A stretch of 64,000 bases of DNA, taken from contig NC_092679.1 in assembly GCF_964355755.1 (NCBI RefSeq), positions 17,715,432 through 17,779,431 on the forward strand, in the 5' to 3' direction. This document shows positions 43,301 to 55,100 of this stretch, in pieces. Made by a program: the position numbers and the translations under genes. Origin of the DNA: Antedon mediterranea. Its lineage: Eukaryota > Animalia > Echinodermata. Within the stretch, counting starts at the first letter, position 1. Each line of letters begins with the position of its first letter. Below the pieces are notes generated by a model. It saw only the letters and a list, made by a program, of their open reading frames with translations, had not been told where the DNA came from and searched no databases.

Positions 43301-45740
43301 TGTTTCAGCTAAAATGTTTTCAGCAGGTCTATTTTAAAGCCTTCCACTGTAGTTAATGTTGGATAGAAAAAACCCAATGTCATATATTCATGGATGGCGT
43401 TTGATTTCACCTAAATTTCTTTCACCATGCCTATTGCGCATTTTAAGGCCTTCCCATTGTGCATAACATCCCAGGCTAAAAAACTGGATTTTGCGACTAA
43501 CCTCCAAAATTTTAGAAACCAATGCTAAAATACACACTGTTAAGGATTGAGATAAATAAATTAAGGGACAACAAATGTGTACCGCCAAACCAAAACCAGG
43601 CGTTTGTCGGCAGCAAGGGATTTCTGTAAAATGCTTCTGAATGTGTAAAACCTATATCTTGACCATTTTTAGTTTTTTAAATAATCTTACAGAAAATTTA
43701 CCGTAGATTCCAAAAATCTATGTATTTTAAAGAAATTATAAGTATAAATCAATGAAAATAACATTTTAATGAGACCCCCTTTTTCGTCTTTGGTGAAAAA
43801 ATCAAGTTCTATTCTGTAATTTGTGTCTATTTCTAACCAACTTTTACATCTTTGATTATGAGAAGACCCCTTAATGTGTGGTATTTTTAGAAAGCTCGTG
43901 AAAAAATCTTTCCAAAGATAAAGGTTGTAGGTCATGTAAAATAATAGTATAGCCAATCAAACACATTCTTTAATAACCTTTTGGTATAAGCAAACCAGTC
44001 TTGTTGCTACGGAATCCTGAAACAGGCAATTTGATTGGCTAACAGAGTGGCTCAAGTCATTGAAGCGTTAAATTTGCCTTTAACAGTTATTCAAAGTACA
44101 CTGAGGAAGCGGTAAGGTTTTAACAAAACTTTCTTACTGTAAAAAACATTCAATATTAATTCATACTTGCTATTTATGCATCCTAGATAATAATAAAACA
44201 ACAAAGAATAGTTTAATGATTTATATAATATGAAAAGTAGAAATATTGGCTTCACTAGCGAATCATAAACAACAAGAGGTTAGAAAGTACGAAATGACTT
44301 TCTAGCGCGACACACTCAGTTTGGTGAACACAGAAACACTTTTGATCAAAATATTAGGCCTAGCCTAGGCATAAGATAAAAGATGAACTGTATGCCAGCT
44401 TAGTACTTCAAGTTAGCCTAGTAAAACCACCTAGCATACCTTGGTCTAGGCCTAGCCCAAAAAAAAATGATTTTTAAATGTGTTTAAAAAAGTTTAATTT
44501 AATTTTTCATTCTGTTTTCAGATCTTGATTGGTATACTGTAATGTAATACCAATAGTTTTGACAGTGGTGGTGATGCTGTTGCTACTTTCTCTTCTCAAA
44601 GAACTCCAATATGGTGATACGGTGCTTAATATAACTTTACAAAAATGACTTTGATTCTGATGATACATGACACATGTATTCTATTATGCAACGTAACCCT
44701 GAATAAAACCGTGAAATAATTGTATCGAAAAATATGTATGTATTTAAATGACCCGGCACAAAAGATGATAATACTGTTGTTGTAATACGCAGCCTAAAAT
44801 GACCAAAATTTTATAATTTAAAGTGTACCAATTGTAAATAAATTTAAACACATCAAACACAATCAACTGTCTGTGTATCATTAATTTTAGTTCATTTCTA
44901 TGTGTTGTATTTTTATTGTCACTTTATTAATAGTACTTATTTATAGTTATTACAAGCCTCACACATAACATAAGTTTAGTAAAAAAAAGTTTACTAACGT
45001 ATGTTGTTATTTGAAGTCTCATTTGACAATGTTAATGTTACTGGATTTCTTTGAAAATTTCAATGATTATAGAAAAATGTATTAGTTACATTTGTGCTAA
45101 ATTTCAAAGTCATAGGTATACTAGAAGTTAGCGTTGTCAAGGTGAACATGAGTCGCTGTCTGCCAGCACATTTAAACTTCCTGTTTGAACTATTGTTTAT
45201 CTTTGAATGCATTTTTCACTGCTTAATAAAAATGAATTCTTACTTGTATTTCTTTACTTATTGTATCATAACTCTAAAAATACTTGACCAAATTGAATAA
45301 TTTTTTCAGTATTTTAAAGCAAATTATGTGCTCTGTACAAATATCTTGAAAACTCAAAATGTCACATTTACGACAAATGCCTGGTTTTGATTTGGCTGTA
45401 CACAAATTATTAATTTAATCCAGGATCTTCTAATATAAATGATTTTCTTGACTTTAGCCCTGGATTCCAAAGGTTTGTCAACCTGATGTGTCAGATGGAC
45501 AAAGATGAGCGCAAAGCCTTCATGCAGTTCACCACTGGCTGCTCATCACTGCCACCAGGCGGCCTAGCCAACCTTTACCCTCGTCTCACAATTGTTCGTA
45601 AAGTCGAGGCCGATGATAAGACCTACCCGTCCGTGAACACATGTGTGCATTACTTAAAACTTCCGTGCTACTCAAGCGAAGAAATAATGAGAAAAATGCT
45701 GAAAGCTGCAACAACAGAGAAGGGTTTTCATCTAAATTAG
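7378..45740 (+). CDS. HECTD1: E3 ubiquitin-protein ligase HECTD1, complete, 43 coding exons, about 2518 aa
   Basis: Diagnostic N-terminus [18 protein letters not shown] and HECT C-terminus [14 protein letters not shown]...GFHLN*. Exons: 7378-7517, 14792-15026, 16119-16346, 19031-19306, 20803-20861, 21860-22077, 22640-22716, 23478-23576, 23866-23989, 24946-25174, 25491-25632, 26010-26186, 26558-26786, 27168-27343, 28084-28251, 28886-29023, 29538-29684, 30199-30290, 30409-30517, 31177-31311, 31791-31930, 33602-33745, 33853-34032, 34422-34588, 34695-34871, 35089-35403, 35753-35932, 36498-36686, 36809-37098, 37424-37574, 37845-37933, 38049-38179, 38278-38338, 38646-38828, 39125-39317, 39921-40003, 40244-40371, 40468-40666, 40848-40985, 41282-41895, 42153-42325, 42877-43027, 45458-45740. 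All introns GT-AG, phases compatible, total 7557 nt. Confidence 0.97.
11258..11790. mobile_element. 533-bp non-autonomous DNA transposon, Harbinger-like
   Basis: Perfect 23-bp TIR AGGGACTTTACGAAACATGACGG / CCGTCATGTTTCGTAAAGTCCCT flanked by AAT...AAT. Confidence 0.9.
12173..12357. mobile_element. MITE family A, full length
   Basis: TIRs AAGCTTGGTTCCCACTAG / CTAGTGGGAATCACGCTT; near-identical to the copies at 1, 29954 and 33321. Confidence 0.92.
13014..13240. mobile_element. Hairpin element with ~59-bp inverted arms and a short asymmetric tail
   Basis: Arms 13014-13072 and 13139-13197 differ at one position. Absent from the paralogous unit of the surrounding ~190-bp tandem duplication. Confidence 0.8.
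13359..13475. mobile_element. Short degenerate MITE related to the 27438 element
   Basis: TATCCCTTTCACAT...ATATGAAAGGGGTA ends. Confidence 0.55.
15190..15352. mobile_element. MITE family E (Tc1/pogo-like CAGT termini)
   Basis: CAGTCAACTCTCCCA...TGGGAGAATTGACTG; relatives at ~10063-10220 and 18029-18180. Confidence 0.8.
17880..17995 (-). mobile_element. SINE fragment with Meta-type core
   Basis: Minus strand reads GTCCTTCCGATGGGACGTAAAGCCGTTGGTCC, resembling the MetaSINE central domain (from recall, not searched). Confidence 0.55.
18029..18180. mobile_element. MITE family E with TA TSD
   Basis: TA|CAGTAAACTCTCCCAA...TTGGGAGAGTTGACTG|TA. Confidence 0.85.
21420..21917 (+). repeat. Tandem ~130-bp repeat x4: MITE right end + intron 3' end + head of HECTD1 exon 6
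   Basis: Acceptor AGs at 21464, 21594, 21730 and 21859, each followed by TGTGTYTTGGATACAATG. Confidence 0.9.
22106..22229. mobile_element. MITE family B
   Basis: TIR AGCTCTGTCTACACTATCAAAC. Other copies at 15731, 24131, 31968, 36076, 38840, 47898, 53994. Confidence 0.85.
22640..23989 (+). other. HECTD1: HECTD1 ankyrin-repeat exons
   Basis: [58 protein letters not shown] ankyrin motifs. Confidence 0.9.
24063..24716. mobile_element. MITE family C host with nested family B (24131-24293) and a hairpin element (24334-~24650)
   Basis: Ends GTGGCCAGATTCATCATTCACACTT / AAGTGTGATTGGTGAATATGGCCAC match the two halves of the compact copy at 56932-57059. Confidence 0.7.
25231..25377. mobile_element. 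Diverged family A MITE
   Basis: GCTTGGTTCCCACT...ACGCAAGGACGTAA...GACCAATCAC...ATTGGTCAA. A further decayed copy lies at ~45879-45998 in the HECTD1 3' UTR. Confidence 0.65.
25740..25925 (+). mobile_element. tRNA-derived SINE fragment
   Basis: A-box-like GGTGGTT and B-box-like GGTTCAATC; a related decayed copy lies at ~63300-63440. Confidence 0.5.
27438..28013. mobile_element. 576-bp MITE with internal CTCCGGAG / CCCCGGGG repeats (Harbinger-like)
   Basis: TIR TACCCCTTTCACACCAAAA / TTTTGGTGTGAAAGGGGTA; internal reiterations of CCTTTCACACCAA. Confidence 0.9.
29260..29475 (-). mobile_element. tRNA-derived SINE
   Basis: Minus strand GTGGCTGAGCGG (A box)...GGTTCGAACC (B box); the body matches ~61560-61645 on the plus strand. 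Confidence 0.7.
29954..30133. mobile_element. MITE family A
   Basis: Near-identical to 12173-12357. Confidence 0.9.
30570..30730. mobile_element. MITE family D (Tc1/pogo-like)
   Basis: CCCCTTTTAAGAGGACA...GTCCCCTGAATAG...GAGGTTCCACTG. Relatives at ~2320, 7703, 15905, 21320, 47840. Confidence 0.65.
30727..31088. repeat. Minisatellite of TACTGTATAT / TACTGTATG units
   Basis: Direct read; gives rise to the spurious MYCILLY ORFs. Confidence 0.95.
31968..32850. mobile_element. MITE family B split by a nested insertion
   Basis: Left part 31968-32074 and right part 32822-32850 rejoin into a normal family B copy. Confidence 0.85.
32075..32821 (+). mobile_element. Helentron-associated non-autonomous element (HINE / DINE-1-like)
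   Basis: Inserted in a T-run with no TSD. 5' subTIR TAGTCGTGTG with adjacent IR ACGACT, (GTCT/GTCG)n microsatellite, 3' subTIR CATGCGACTTA, then short hairpin GGCTGTTGGCC and TTGTTT. Confidence 0.75.
32854..33152. repeat. 43-bp minisatellite, 7 near-perfect copies
   Basis: Unit AATGAATTATGGAGTATAGCACCTAAACAGTAGCTACGTTGTT starting at 32854, 32897 ... 33112. Confidence 0.97.
33321..33505. mobile_element. MITE family A (opposite orientation to 12173)
   Basis: AAGCGTGGTTCCCACTAG...CTAGTGGGAACCAAGCTT. Confidence 0.92.
36076..36237. mobile_element. MITE family B
   Basis: Perfect TIRs AAGCTCTGTCTACACTATCAAACT. Confidence 0.9.
38840..39000. mobile_element. MITE family B, starting about 12 nt into an intron
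   Basis: GCTCTGTCTACACTATCAAAC...GTTTGATAGTGTAGACAGAGC. Confidence 0.9.
39378..39580 (-). mobile_element. CORE-type SINE fragment with L2-like tail
   Basis: TTATATAGCGCT...CACCTGGGTGGAGAGAG...GTGTCTTGCCCAA; the tail is shared with ~26388-26485. Confidence 0.55.
42575..42752 (+). mobile_element. SINE fragment
   Basis: CCCAGTCTACTCAGCTGTAAATG...GGAACTGGCCACCCTAC motifs typical of invertebrate SINE bodies. Confidence 0.5.
43040..43260. mobile_element. hAT-like MITE
   Basis: CAGTGGCATAA...TTACACCACTG termini; internal direct repeat CCCTCCAACGCTGTAGA x2; TSD degenerate. Confidence 0.55.
43577..45403. mobile_element. 1.83-kb non-autonomous DNA transposon, Sola1-like
   Basis: 33-bp TIR GTGTACCGCCAAACCAAAACCAGGCGTTTGTCG (3 mismatches) with exact 4-bp TSD AAAT; no long ORF. 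Confidence 0.8.
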
Positions 45741-46554
45741 ACCGGTCATAAAAACAATGTAATCTAAAGATTGTTTTAACATTGTGTGTGTATCAAAAAA
45801 ATAAAGTGTTAAATATGTTATTTAAACCGGAATAGGTGAAAAATACTAATACTATTTTACATAATTTTGAAAGACATCAAGCTATTGCTACTTGGCGCAA
45901 TGCAATTGAGAGTTGACCAATCACAAGCGACAATTCAGGTTATCCATCGTGTTTTAATTGGTCACTTGGGTGTTGCGTCCAAGTGGTAACAAAACTTTAA
46001 TAATCATAAAAGGAACCATTTAATTACAAATACCAGTGCAAATATAAAAACAACCTACATTAATACATTATATTAGTAAATGAATTGATTCTAAAGAGAT
46101 ATATTTATTTTAAATTTTAAATAACATAATATGTGCATGTAATGACGGTACACTATTTATTGTGGTGAGTTTTATGCTAATGTCTCCACATGCTTTGAAT
46201 AATGAATTAAGCAGATCAGATGAAACGTAATTTGCATATTTACATTTTCAATAAATAATATATTAAAAGGTGTGTGAAATAAAGTGGCAGTGAAGTAAAT
46301 ATACTTTAAAATGTATATATGCATATGTATGCGATTCAAACTTGGTATTGACTTAGAAGAGAAATCCAGGATATTTCTTATCTGGAATTTGGATGGCAGA
46401 AATTTGTATTTATCATTTTTTTTAAATTGTGAATCAGTTAATTAGTTTAATTTATATGCTAAAAAAATTAATGAGTGAAAAAGCAATGATAGATACTGTA
46501 AGTGCTATATAATCAGTAAGTACTTCAGAAATCTCTACAGTATGTATTTATACT

Positions 46555-47395
46555 ATAATAGTACAGTACTGTAAAGGCCCTACTGTATGTACAGTACTGC
46601 AAAGGCCTCCACTGTATGTACAGTACTGTAAAGGCCCCACTGTATGTACAGTACTGCAAAGGGGCTCTTCTATACTGTATGTACAGTACTGTAAAGGGGC
46701 TCTTCTATACTGTATGTACAGTACTGCAAAAGGCTCCATTCTACTGTATGTACAGTACTGCAAAGGACTTTACTGTATGTACAGTACTGCAAAGGGGCTC
46801 TTCTATACTGTATGTACAGTACTGCAAAGGGGCTCTTCTATACTGTATGTACAGTACTGCAAAAGGCTCCATTCTACTGTATGTACAGTACTGTAAAGGC
46901 CCCACTGTATGTACAGTACTGCAAAGGGGCTCTTCTATACTGTATGTACAGTACTGTAAAGGGGCTCTTCTATACTGTATGTACAGTACTGCAAAAGGCT
47001 CCATTCTACTGTATGTACAGTACTGCAAAAGGCTCCATTCTACTGTATGTACAGTACCGCAAAGGACTTTACTGTATGTACAGTACTGCAAAGGACTTTA
47101 CTGTATGTACAGTACTGCAAAGGACTTTACTGTATGTACAGTACTGCAAAGGACTTTACTGTATGTACAGTACTGCAAAGGACTTTACTGTATGTACAGT
47201 ACTGCAAAGGACTTTACTGTATGTACTGTACTGCAAAGGGCTCCACTGTACTGCAAAGCGCTCTACTGTATGTACAGTACTGCAAAGGGCTCCACTGTAT
47301 GTACTGTACTGCAAAGGGCTCCACTGTATGTACAATACTGCATGTACAGTGACTGCTAAGGGCTCCACTGTACTGTATATACAGTATTGCAAGGT
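46555..47395. repeat. Palindromic-core minisatellite between the convergent 3' ends of HECTD1 and ENOPH1
   Basis: Core TACTGTATGTACAGTACTGCAAAGG with a few recurring short linkers. Confidence 0.95.
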
Positions 47396-47839
47396 ATTCT
47401 AGTTATATTTACTTTTAAGAGATTTATTTTACCCTATAAACTTGACTGATTTTATAATCAGGAGATTTGCAAGAGAAAATGGCATTTTTTTTAAAAGACT
47501 GATTTTGTTAGATATTTATGATTATGCAATGTAAGCTGTAAATAGTTGGAGACTAGAACAGTAGATGTATTAAAGCTATTACTAAATTAAGACAGCACAT
47601 GTTAAAGGTTTACTTTTTATCGATAGATTTTGCTGTACAATTGTAGTTTTTGTTTTTTGGAAAGGTTAAATACAAGTACAGTATATAGAATTACTATAGC
47701 TTATGATGATTGAAACATCTAGATGTACTCACGTGTGTATTGTAGATGCTTTAATTAAAGTAAATTCATATCTAAAAACTGGACAACCTCTTTTGAGTAA
47801 TATTGATTTTATATTTTACAATTTTAAATGTTTTTATAT

Positions 47840-48175
47840 ACAGTAGAATCCCCTTTTGGGACAATTTTTTAATGAACGTAATATATATTTTAACACTAAA
47901 ACCTTGTCTACACTATCAAACTTTATGTGTCAAAAAAGTTTGATGTGCCTATATATGGTAGTGATATGCTTAAATATGGTAGTGATATGACATCATCATG
48001 TCCATATATGGGCACATCACATTTTTTTGACACATAAAGTTTGATAGTGTAGACAAAGCTTAAGGCTGATCATATTCAGAGAACTCTCCTGTTCAGTGGA
48101 AACTTTCCCATGGAGCCATCAAGGAAGGGATGTTGGTTAGTACCAAGGTGTCCCCTTAATATGGGTTCCACTGTA
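47840..48175. mobile_element. Family D MITE with nested family B (47898-48061)
   Basis: TA|CAGTAGAATCCC...GGGTTCCACTG|TA enclosing family B TIRs. Confidence 0.75.
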
Positions 48176-48528
48176 GTATGTTAAAGGGAGAAGGTGGAGG
48201 GGACCTATGAAAATATTGTATTACTTTTGGTTATCCTGATTTGTATTGTATTGTACTACATCACACAGGTGAACCCAGCCTAATCTACATTCACCCAACA
48301 ACAAAACTCTCAACACAGAAATAGTGTAATCTATTTTGTTAGTGATTATTTTATTTATGAACACAATTTCCTTAATTATTGAGATGTTTTGCCCTGGTAT
48401 AATTGTTCTGTACTGTATACAGTACTCTGTACCATCCACTGGCGTTCACATCTCTAAACCACTTCGCTTTATGGTAGATAGTTATTCGGATTGAATTTTT
48501 TTATTTTTTTATTCTATTAATTAGCTTT

Positions 48529-50437
<1,909 letters not shown>

Positions 50438-50599
50438 AGTAGGCTTTCCCTGCCTCTTTTTTGTGGATGTTATTCCGAATAATGAAAGTAATAATAGTCT
50501 TACTCTTATATTAAAAAATTATTCAGTTTCTGGTTCTTAAATAAATATTTAAATAAAATAATTGGCTAATTTATTGACTTAGCCCAGACCCACTACATG

Positions 50600-51316
50600 C
50601 CTAACGGACTAGGCCAACGTTAGGTTATAATGGTGGTACCGACAAGTAACTATCTATACGTTTGTAACATCGCACTCGGACCGGTTTTAAAACATAAACA
50701 AATCCACGTGGATTTATTGTCAAAACACTTCCGTGTGTTTGTTTGTGAATAATTGCTCATGATTGACCTTTGGGCGTTGGTGGAATGTTTAATATATGCC
50801 ACTTGGATTGAAAAATGTTTTCTTTTAATTGAATATTTAATAAAAGCATAGAATAACTTTGTTTTTATTTAATTGACCTAAATGTATTTAATAAAATATA
50901 ATAATACATTATGAAATTGTGTGTGTCAAGACTGTGAATGCCATGTTGGCATAGAGCTTTTTCAACCAATATTCTTACCCCCTCTTTATTGTCAACCGTA
51001 AATCTACAAACATGCTTGTACATACCAATCCGCCTATTATGTTACAATATTTAAAAAAAACCTATTTCAATAACGTTTGATTTCAAAATGTCATTTGATT
51101 AAACGTTGTAGGTAAGTTATATTTTTGTAAAAACAAATTACTATCCAGGGGGTGGATGATAGTTGGGTAGAATTAATAAATGACGTTCCTAGACAGAAAT
51201 TAGCCAATCAGGCGTGTTCTTAGAAGAACAGTCTAAAAGTCGGTCTTTCATGTGTGTACGTATACAAGCAGCACTCAAATTTCCGGCGTACGAGGTTTTC
51301 GTGGATGATAAAGCTG
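50600..51316. promoter_or_regulatory. Divergent ENOPH1/RRBP1 promoter region with RRBP1 5' UTR exon
   Basis: Head-to-head genes. CCACGTGG (~50704), CACTTCCG (~50726), TGACGT (51181), AGCCAATCAG (~51202); donor CTG|GTAAGA at 51316 and acceptor TAG at 52106. Confidence 0.5.
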
Positions 51317-52144
51317 GTAAGAATACTTTTTTTAAATTCTGGACCTATAATAATAAATTGCTCAATAATAATACGTATTTCAGACATTTGTAGTTCAGAT
51401 TATAGTTCACAATATGGTAGCATAGCTTTAGTTTTGTATGTGTCTTGTATTGTACGTCCACGTCGTCGTATACAAGAAAAAGGCTGGCTAGGCCACCAGG
51501 CTACACAACACTGTTGCGTTGGCACTACTCTGTACACGGCGACTACTGATGGGTCTGCTGAGTGTCAGCCTGTTTCTGTGAAGTGGGTCTATCTTATTTT
51601 TCCAAATGACATTTGGTCAGGCATAAGAACCAACAAATTCTAACCACATTTTAGGGATGTTTGTATGTACTAAATCAATCTCATAATTTTAAATGTATAC
51701 TATAAAGGCTTACCCACTTTAAATTACTTAACTTTAAATTAATTATTAATATTATGTTAAATGTTAATTTTTTTATATTTAAATTTTATTAAAGTAAGCT
51801 AAATTAACAATACTATAAAGGGAATGTATCATCTTGTAATTGTATGTTGACTGACTATGTGACATAAATTGTAGGAGTCTTCACACTTATTATATCGTAA
51901 TTCATATCTCATGGAACCCTTCATTCAATTATCTTAGACAACCCATTTGACACACATAATAAATTTGGAAAGTGGATTTACTCTCTGACGTCTTCAGACA
52001 TGATTTTAAACCTGTAAACTTTCTTGTTCAATTTCAAAAGATATTGTACAGCCTTATTTTTACAACTGTATAATTATAATTTATTTGTTTTCTTGTTTGA
52101 TCTTAGAAGTTTTAGATAGTCTGCAGATCATCTGGAATATTTGA

Positions 52145-55100
52145 ATGGAAGATATAGCAGGCAAACTAGTGGCAATGGATGTTTACGAGCCTCAGACGTT
52201 TGCCTTGATGGTTTTTGGTGGATTTTTCATCATCTCAAGTTTGGTGTACCTCGTCTCTGCTTTTGGAACAACCGAGAAGAGTTATGAGGAGGCTATTGCC
52301 GAGCAGCGTGCTCATATGGAGAACGAAAAGCATGCTAAGTCCGATGGCAAAAGTAAAAAGAAGCCATTCAATGCACGTAAGAAGAAGAAACCAGAAAGTA
52401 TGCAGGAAGCACAAGTGATAACCCCAACTCCAGTTGTGATACCTGTTAATGATGTCCCAGTGGCACCAGTGAAGCCGCAGAAAGTGCAGAAACAGTCACC
52501 TAAACCCAAAGCTGACAGTGATGCAAAGCCAGTAAAGAAAGCCAAATCTTCTGAAGAGAAAACGACTCCTAAGCCTAAGAAAGAGGCAAAGAAGCCTGCG
52601 CCAGTTGTAGTTGAAGAGTTCATTCAGAAAGCGGTTGATAAGCAAACCTTTGCTGCTCCTCCACCTCCGCAACCAAAGAAGGTGACTGAGGTACCAGTTA
52701 AGGCAGCTCACAGTGAGCCTGTGAAGAGTGAACCTTTAAAGGTGAAGGCTAAGAAGGAGACCACAATTTCTGGTAAGATATCAATTTCTCCTATACATAT
52801 TAGGGAGCTTTCGTTCGATTTTCCCAACTTGCCTCCATACACACAATAAATTGACATGGCCTAGGTAAGTCTTCAAAATCTCCCTATAATTAATATTTAA
52901 TTATAACAAATAAACTGTAGGATGCTGGGTTAGCTAAAATTGATAATTATTAAAAATTATGTGTATTGGGGTTTAATATTGTTTAATAATTATGTTAACA
53001 AATCTGGAGACGTGACTGACAGCTACTGGATATAAACCTACAAATCCTATATCATACAAAGCACCGAAAATTAACTGATTCTAGAATAGTGAACACTAAA
53101 AGGTATTCCCTAATGAATAGCAATAGGAAAACATAAAATTGTCAGTAACAGGTGGACTGGGGAAAAAAATCTCCACCAGTAGCAATCCTACAACAGATGT
53201 TGCTACAATCATCCCTTGTTGACTGTAATTGAAGGCTAATATTAACTCACTACGAATAGTAAATTTAATTATTAAATTTCTATTTATATGCTCATTTGTT
53301 TTGAAAATCAGGTTCTTGTTTCATTTATAGTTTTAAATTTAGTACTAACTTTTGTTACCAAACAATTCAATACAGACATTTTTGTGAAAGGGTTTTTTTT
53401 TTAAACGGTTACACAGTATTTGTTTGATTTGTTGTACTGTAATTTAATTTGCCCAAGGAGATAATTTGAAAATATGTGTTTCTGGCTTCTTTTTTTTTTT
53501 AATGCCAACTGCTAAATCTGCCTCTGTACACTACACTATACAGATTAAATACTTAATACTGTATGAGACTTGATTATAAATAAGAAAATCGCTATAAAAT
53601 ATTATTATCAATAAAGCCTTATGAATACAGTACATAAAAAACTCAAAATTCAATTTAGTTTTTTGAATAATTATAATAATAATCAGCAAAAACCTTGGCC
53701 AATGTATAAAAGATTTTTAGAAACCCAATAAGCCGTAAACAAGTCTGACTTCGCAGAATATAGCCCAGATTTAAACTTATTATTCTAATGTTACATTAAA
53801 ATACAATACTAGTGTTAGTTGTTATGACAATTAAAAACCATTGCACAAATTCTCACACAGACTGATTATATACAGTTTTTTAATAAATTATATAGAGCGT
53901 AACATTGAACAGTTGAAATGAAAACCACAACAAATTGAAATGTAAATGTTGTGTTTTTTTCTACAGTAAAGTGATGCGTCTAAATCACTGTCTAAAGCTC
54001 TGTATATACATTATCAAACTAGAAATGACAAAAAAAAAGTGTGATGCACCCAAATATGGTATTATTATTATATATCATTATGTCCATATATTGGCACATC
54101 ACATAGTACTGTAGGCCATCCTGGATATACTTTACTGTAGTAGTATATGATGAGACATAACCTCTCACTATTGGGGAGTACAGTAGTAGGCACTTCATTC
54201 CAATGAACGAATGAATTTTTAGATATAGGGATTCAGTAGAATGATTTAAAATTGGAGTAAACAATATCAATTGTATACTGTAATTGTCACGATAGCCAAA
54301 CTAAATGATCAAGCCTTATCCATCCATGTGGGTTTTGAGGTTCCCCTTTTCCTGTCTATGCCCGACTGGCCTACTGTAGCTGTTTTCACCATTTGTAAGA
54401 AAAAAACGAACCCATTAATTAAATCAATTTCATTGGTCTATTTTTTTAAAACAAGAAATACAGTCCATTTGTTTTTCCCGGAAAAAAAACACCTGGTATT
54501 ACAGTAGCTAAGATTCCTAATGATCGTTGACCAAAAAGAATTTTTGTCAATGATTTTAATGAAAAGGAAAAATTTTGAAGCAAAAATATCTTTCATTGAC
54601 AGGAAGTAAATTTGCGTTACAATTATACTTGTTAATGTGATTCTTCCTGAAGGCAGTGTTTACACATCCTGTCCTGAGTAAACAACAAGTAACCATGAAT
54701 GCTTGCTAGATCAACTGAAATCCACTTTTTGTAGTTCGACAAATTTAATACCACTATTTTCTAATGTAAATTAGATTAGGATTCACAAGCTAATCTAACT
54801 ATAATAACTGATAATCTACAGTACAGAAAGAAATTACTGCTTCGTATCTACGCGTAGGCTTTCGTAGGTAGATCGTAGGTAGAACGTAGGTCATTGTTCT
54901 CTCCTACGATGTATTGTTTGTAGCCTACGATGTATTGTTTGTAGCCTACGATGTATTGTTCTCTCCTACGATGTATTGTTCGTAGCCTACGATGTATTGT
55001 TCTCTCCTACCTACGATGTATTGTTCGTAGCCTACGATGTATTGTTATGAAATCTAGGCTACGCCTCGATCGTAGGGTGGTTCGTAGAAGCATGGAAAAT

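Larger units (their letters stand above)
40468..45740 (+). other. HECTD1: HECTD1 HECT catalytic domain exons
   Basis: [41 protein letters not shown], catalytic Cys in [12 protein letters not shown]. Confidence 0.95.

Noticed and set aside
46555-47395. CRISPR-like repeat/spacer array
   Set aside because: Linkers are only 3-12 nt and recur, the context is eukaryotic, and there are no cas genes. It is a minisatellite.
46616-47402. 247-aa and 196-aa ORFs
   Set aside because: Translations of the satellite, open in several frames on both strands.
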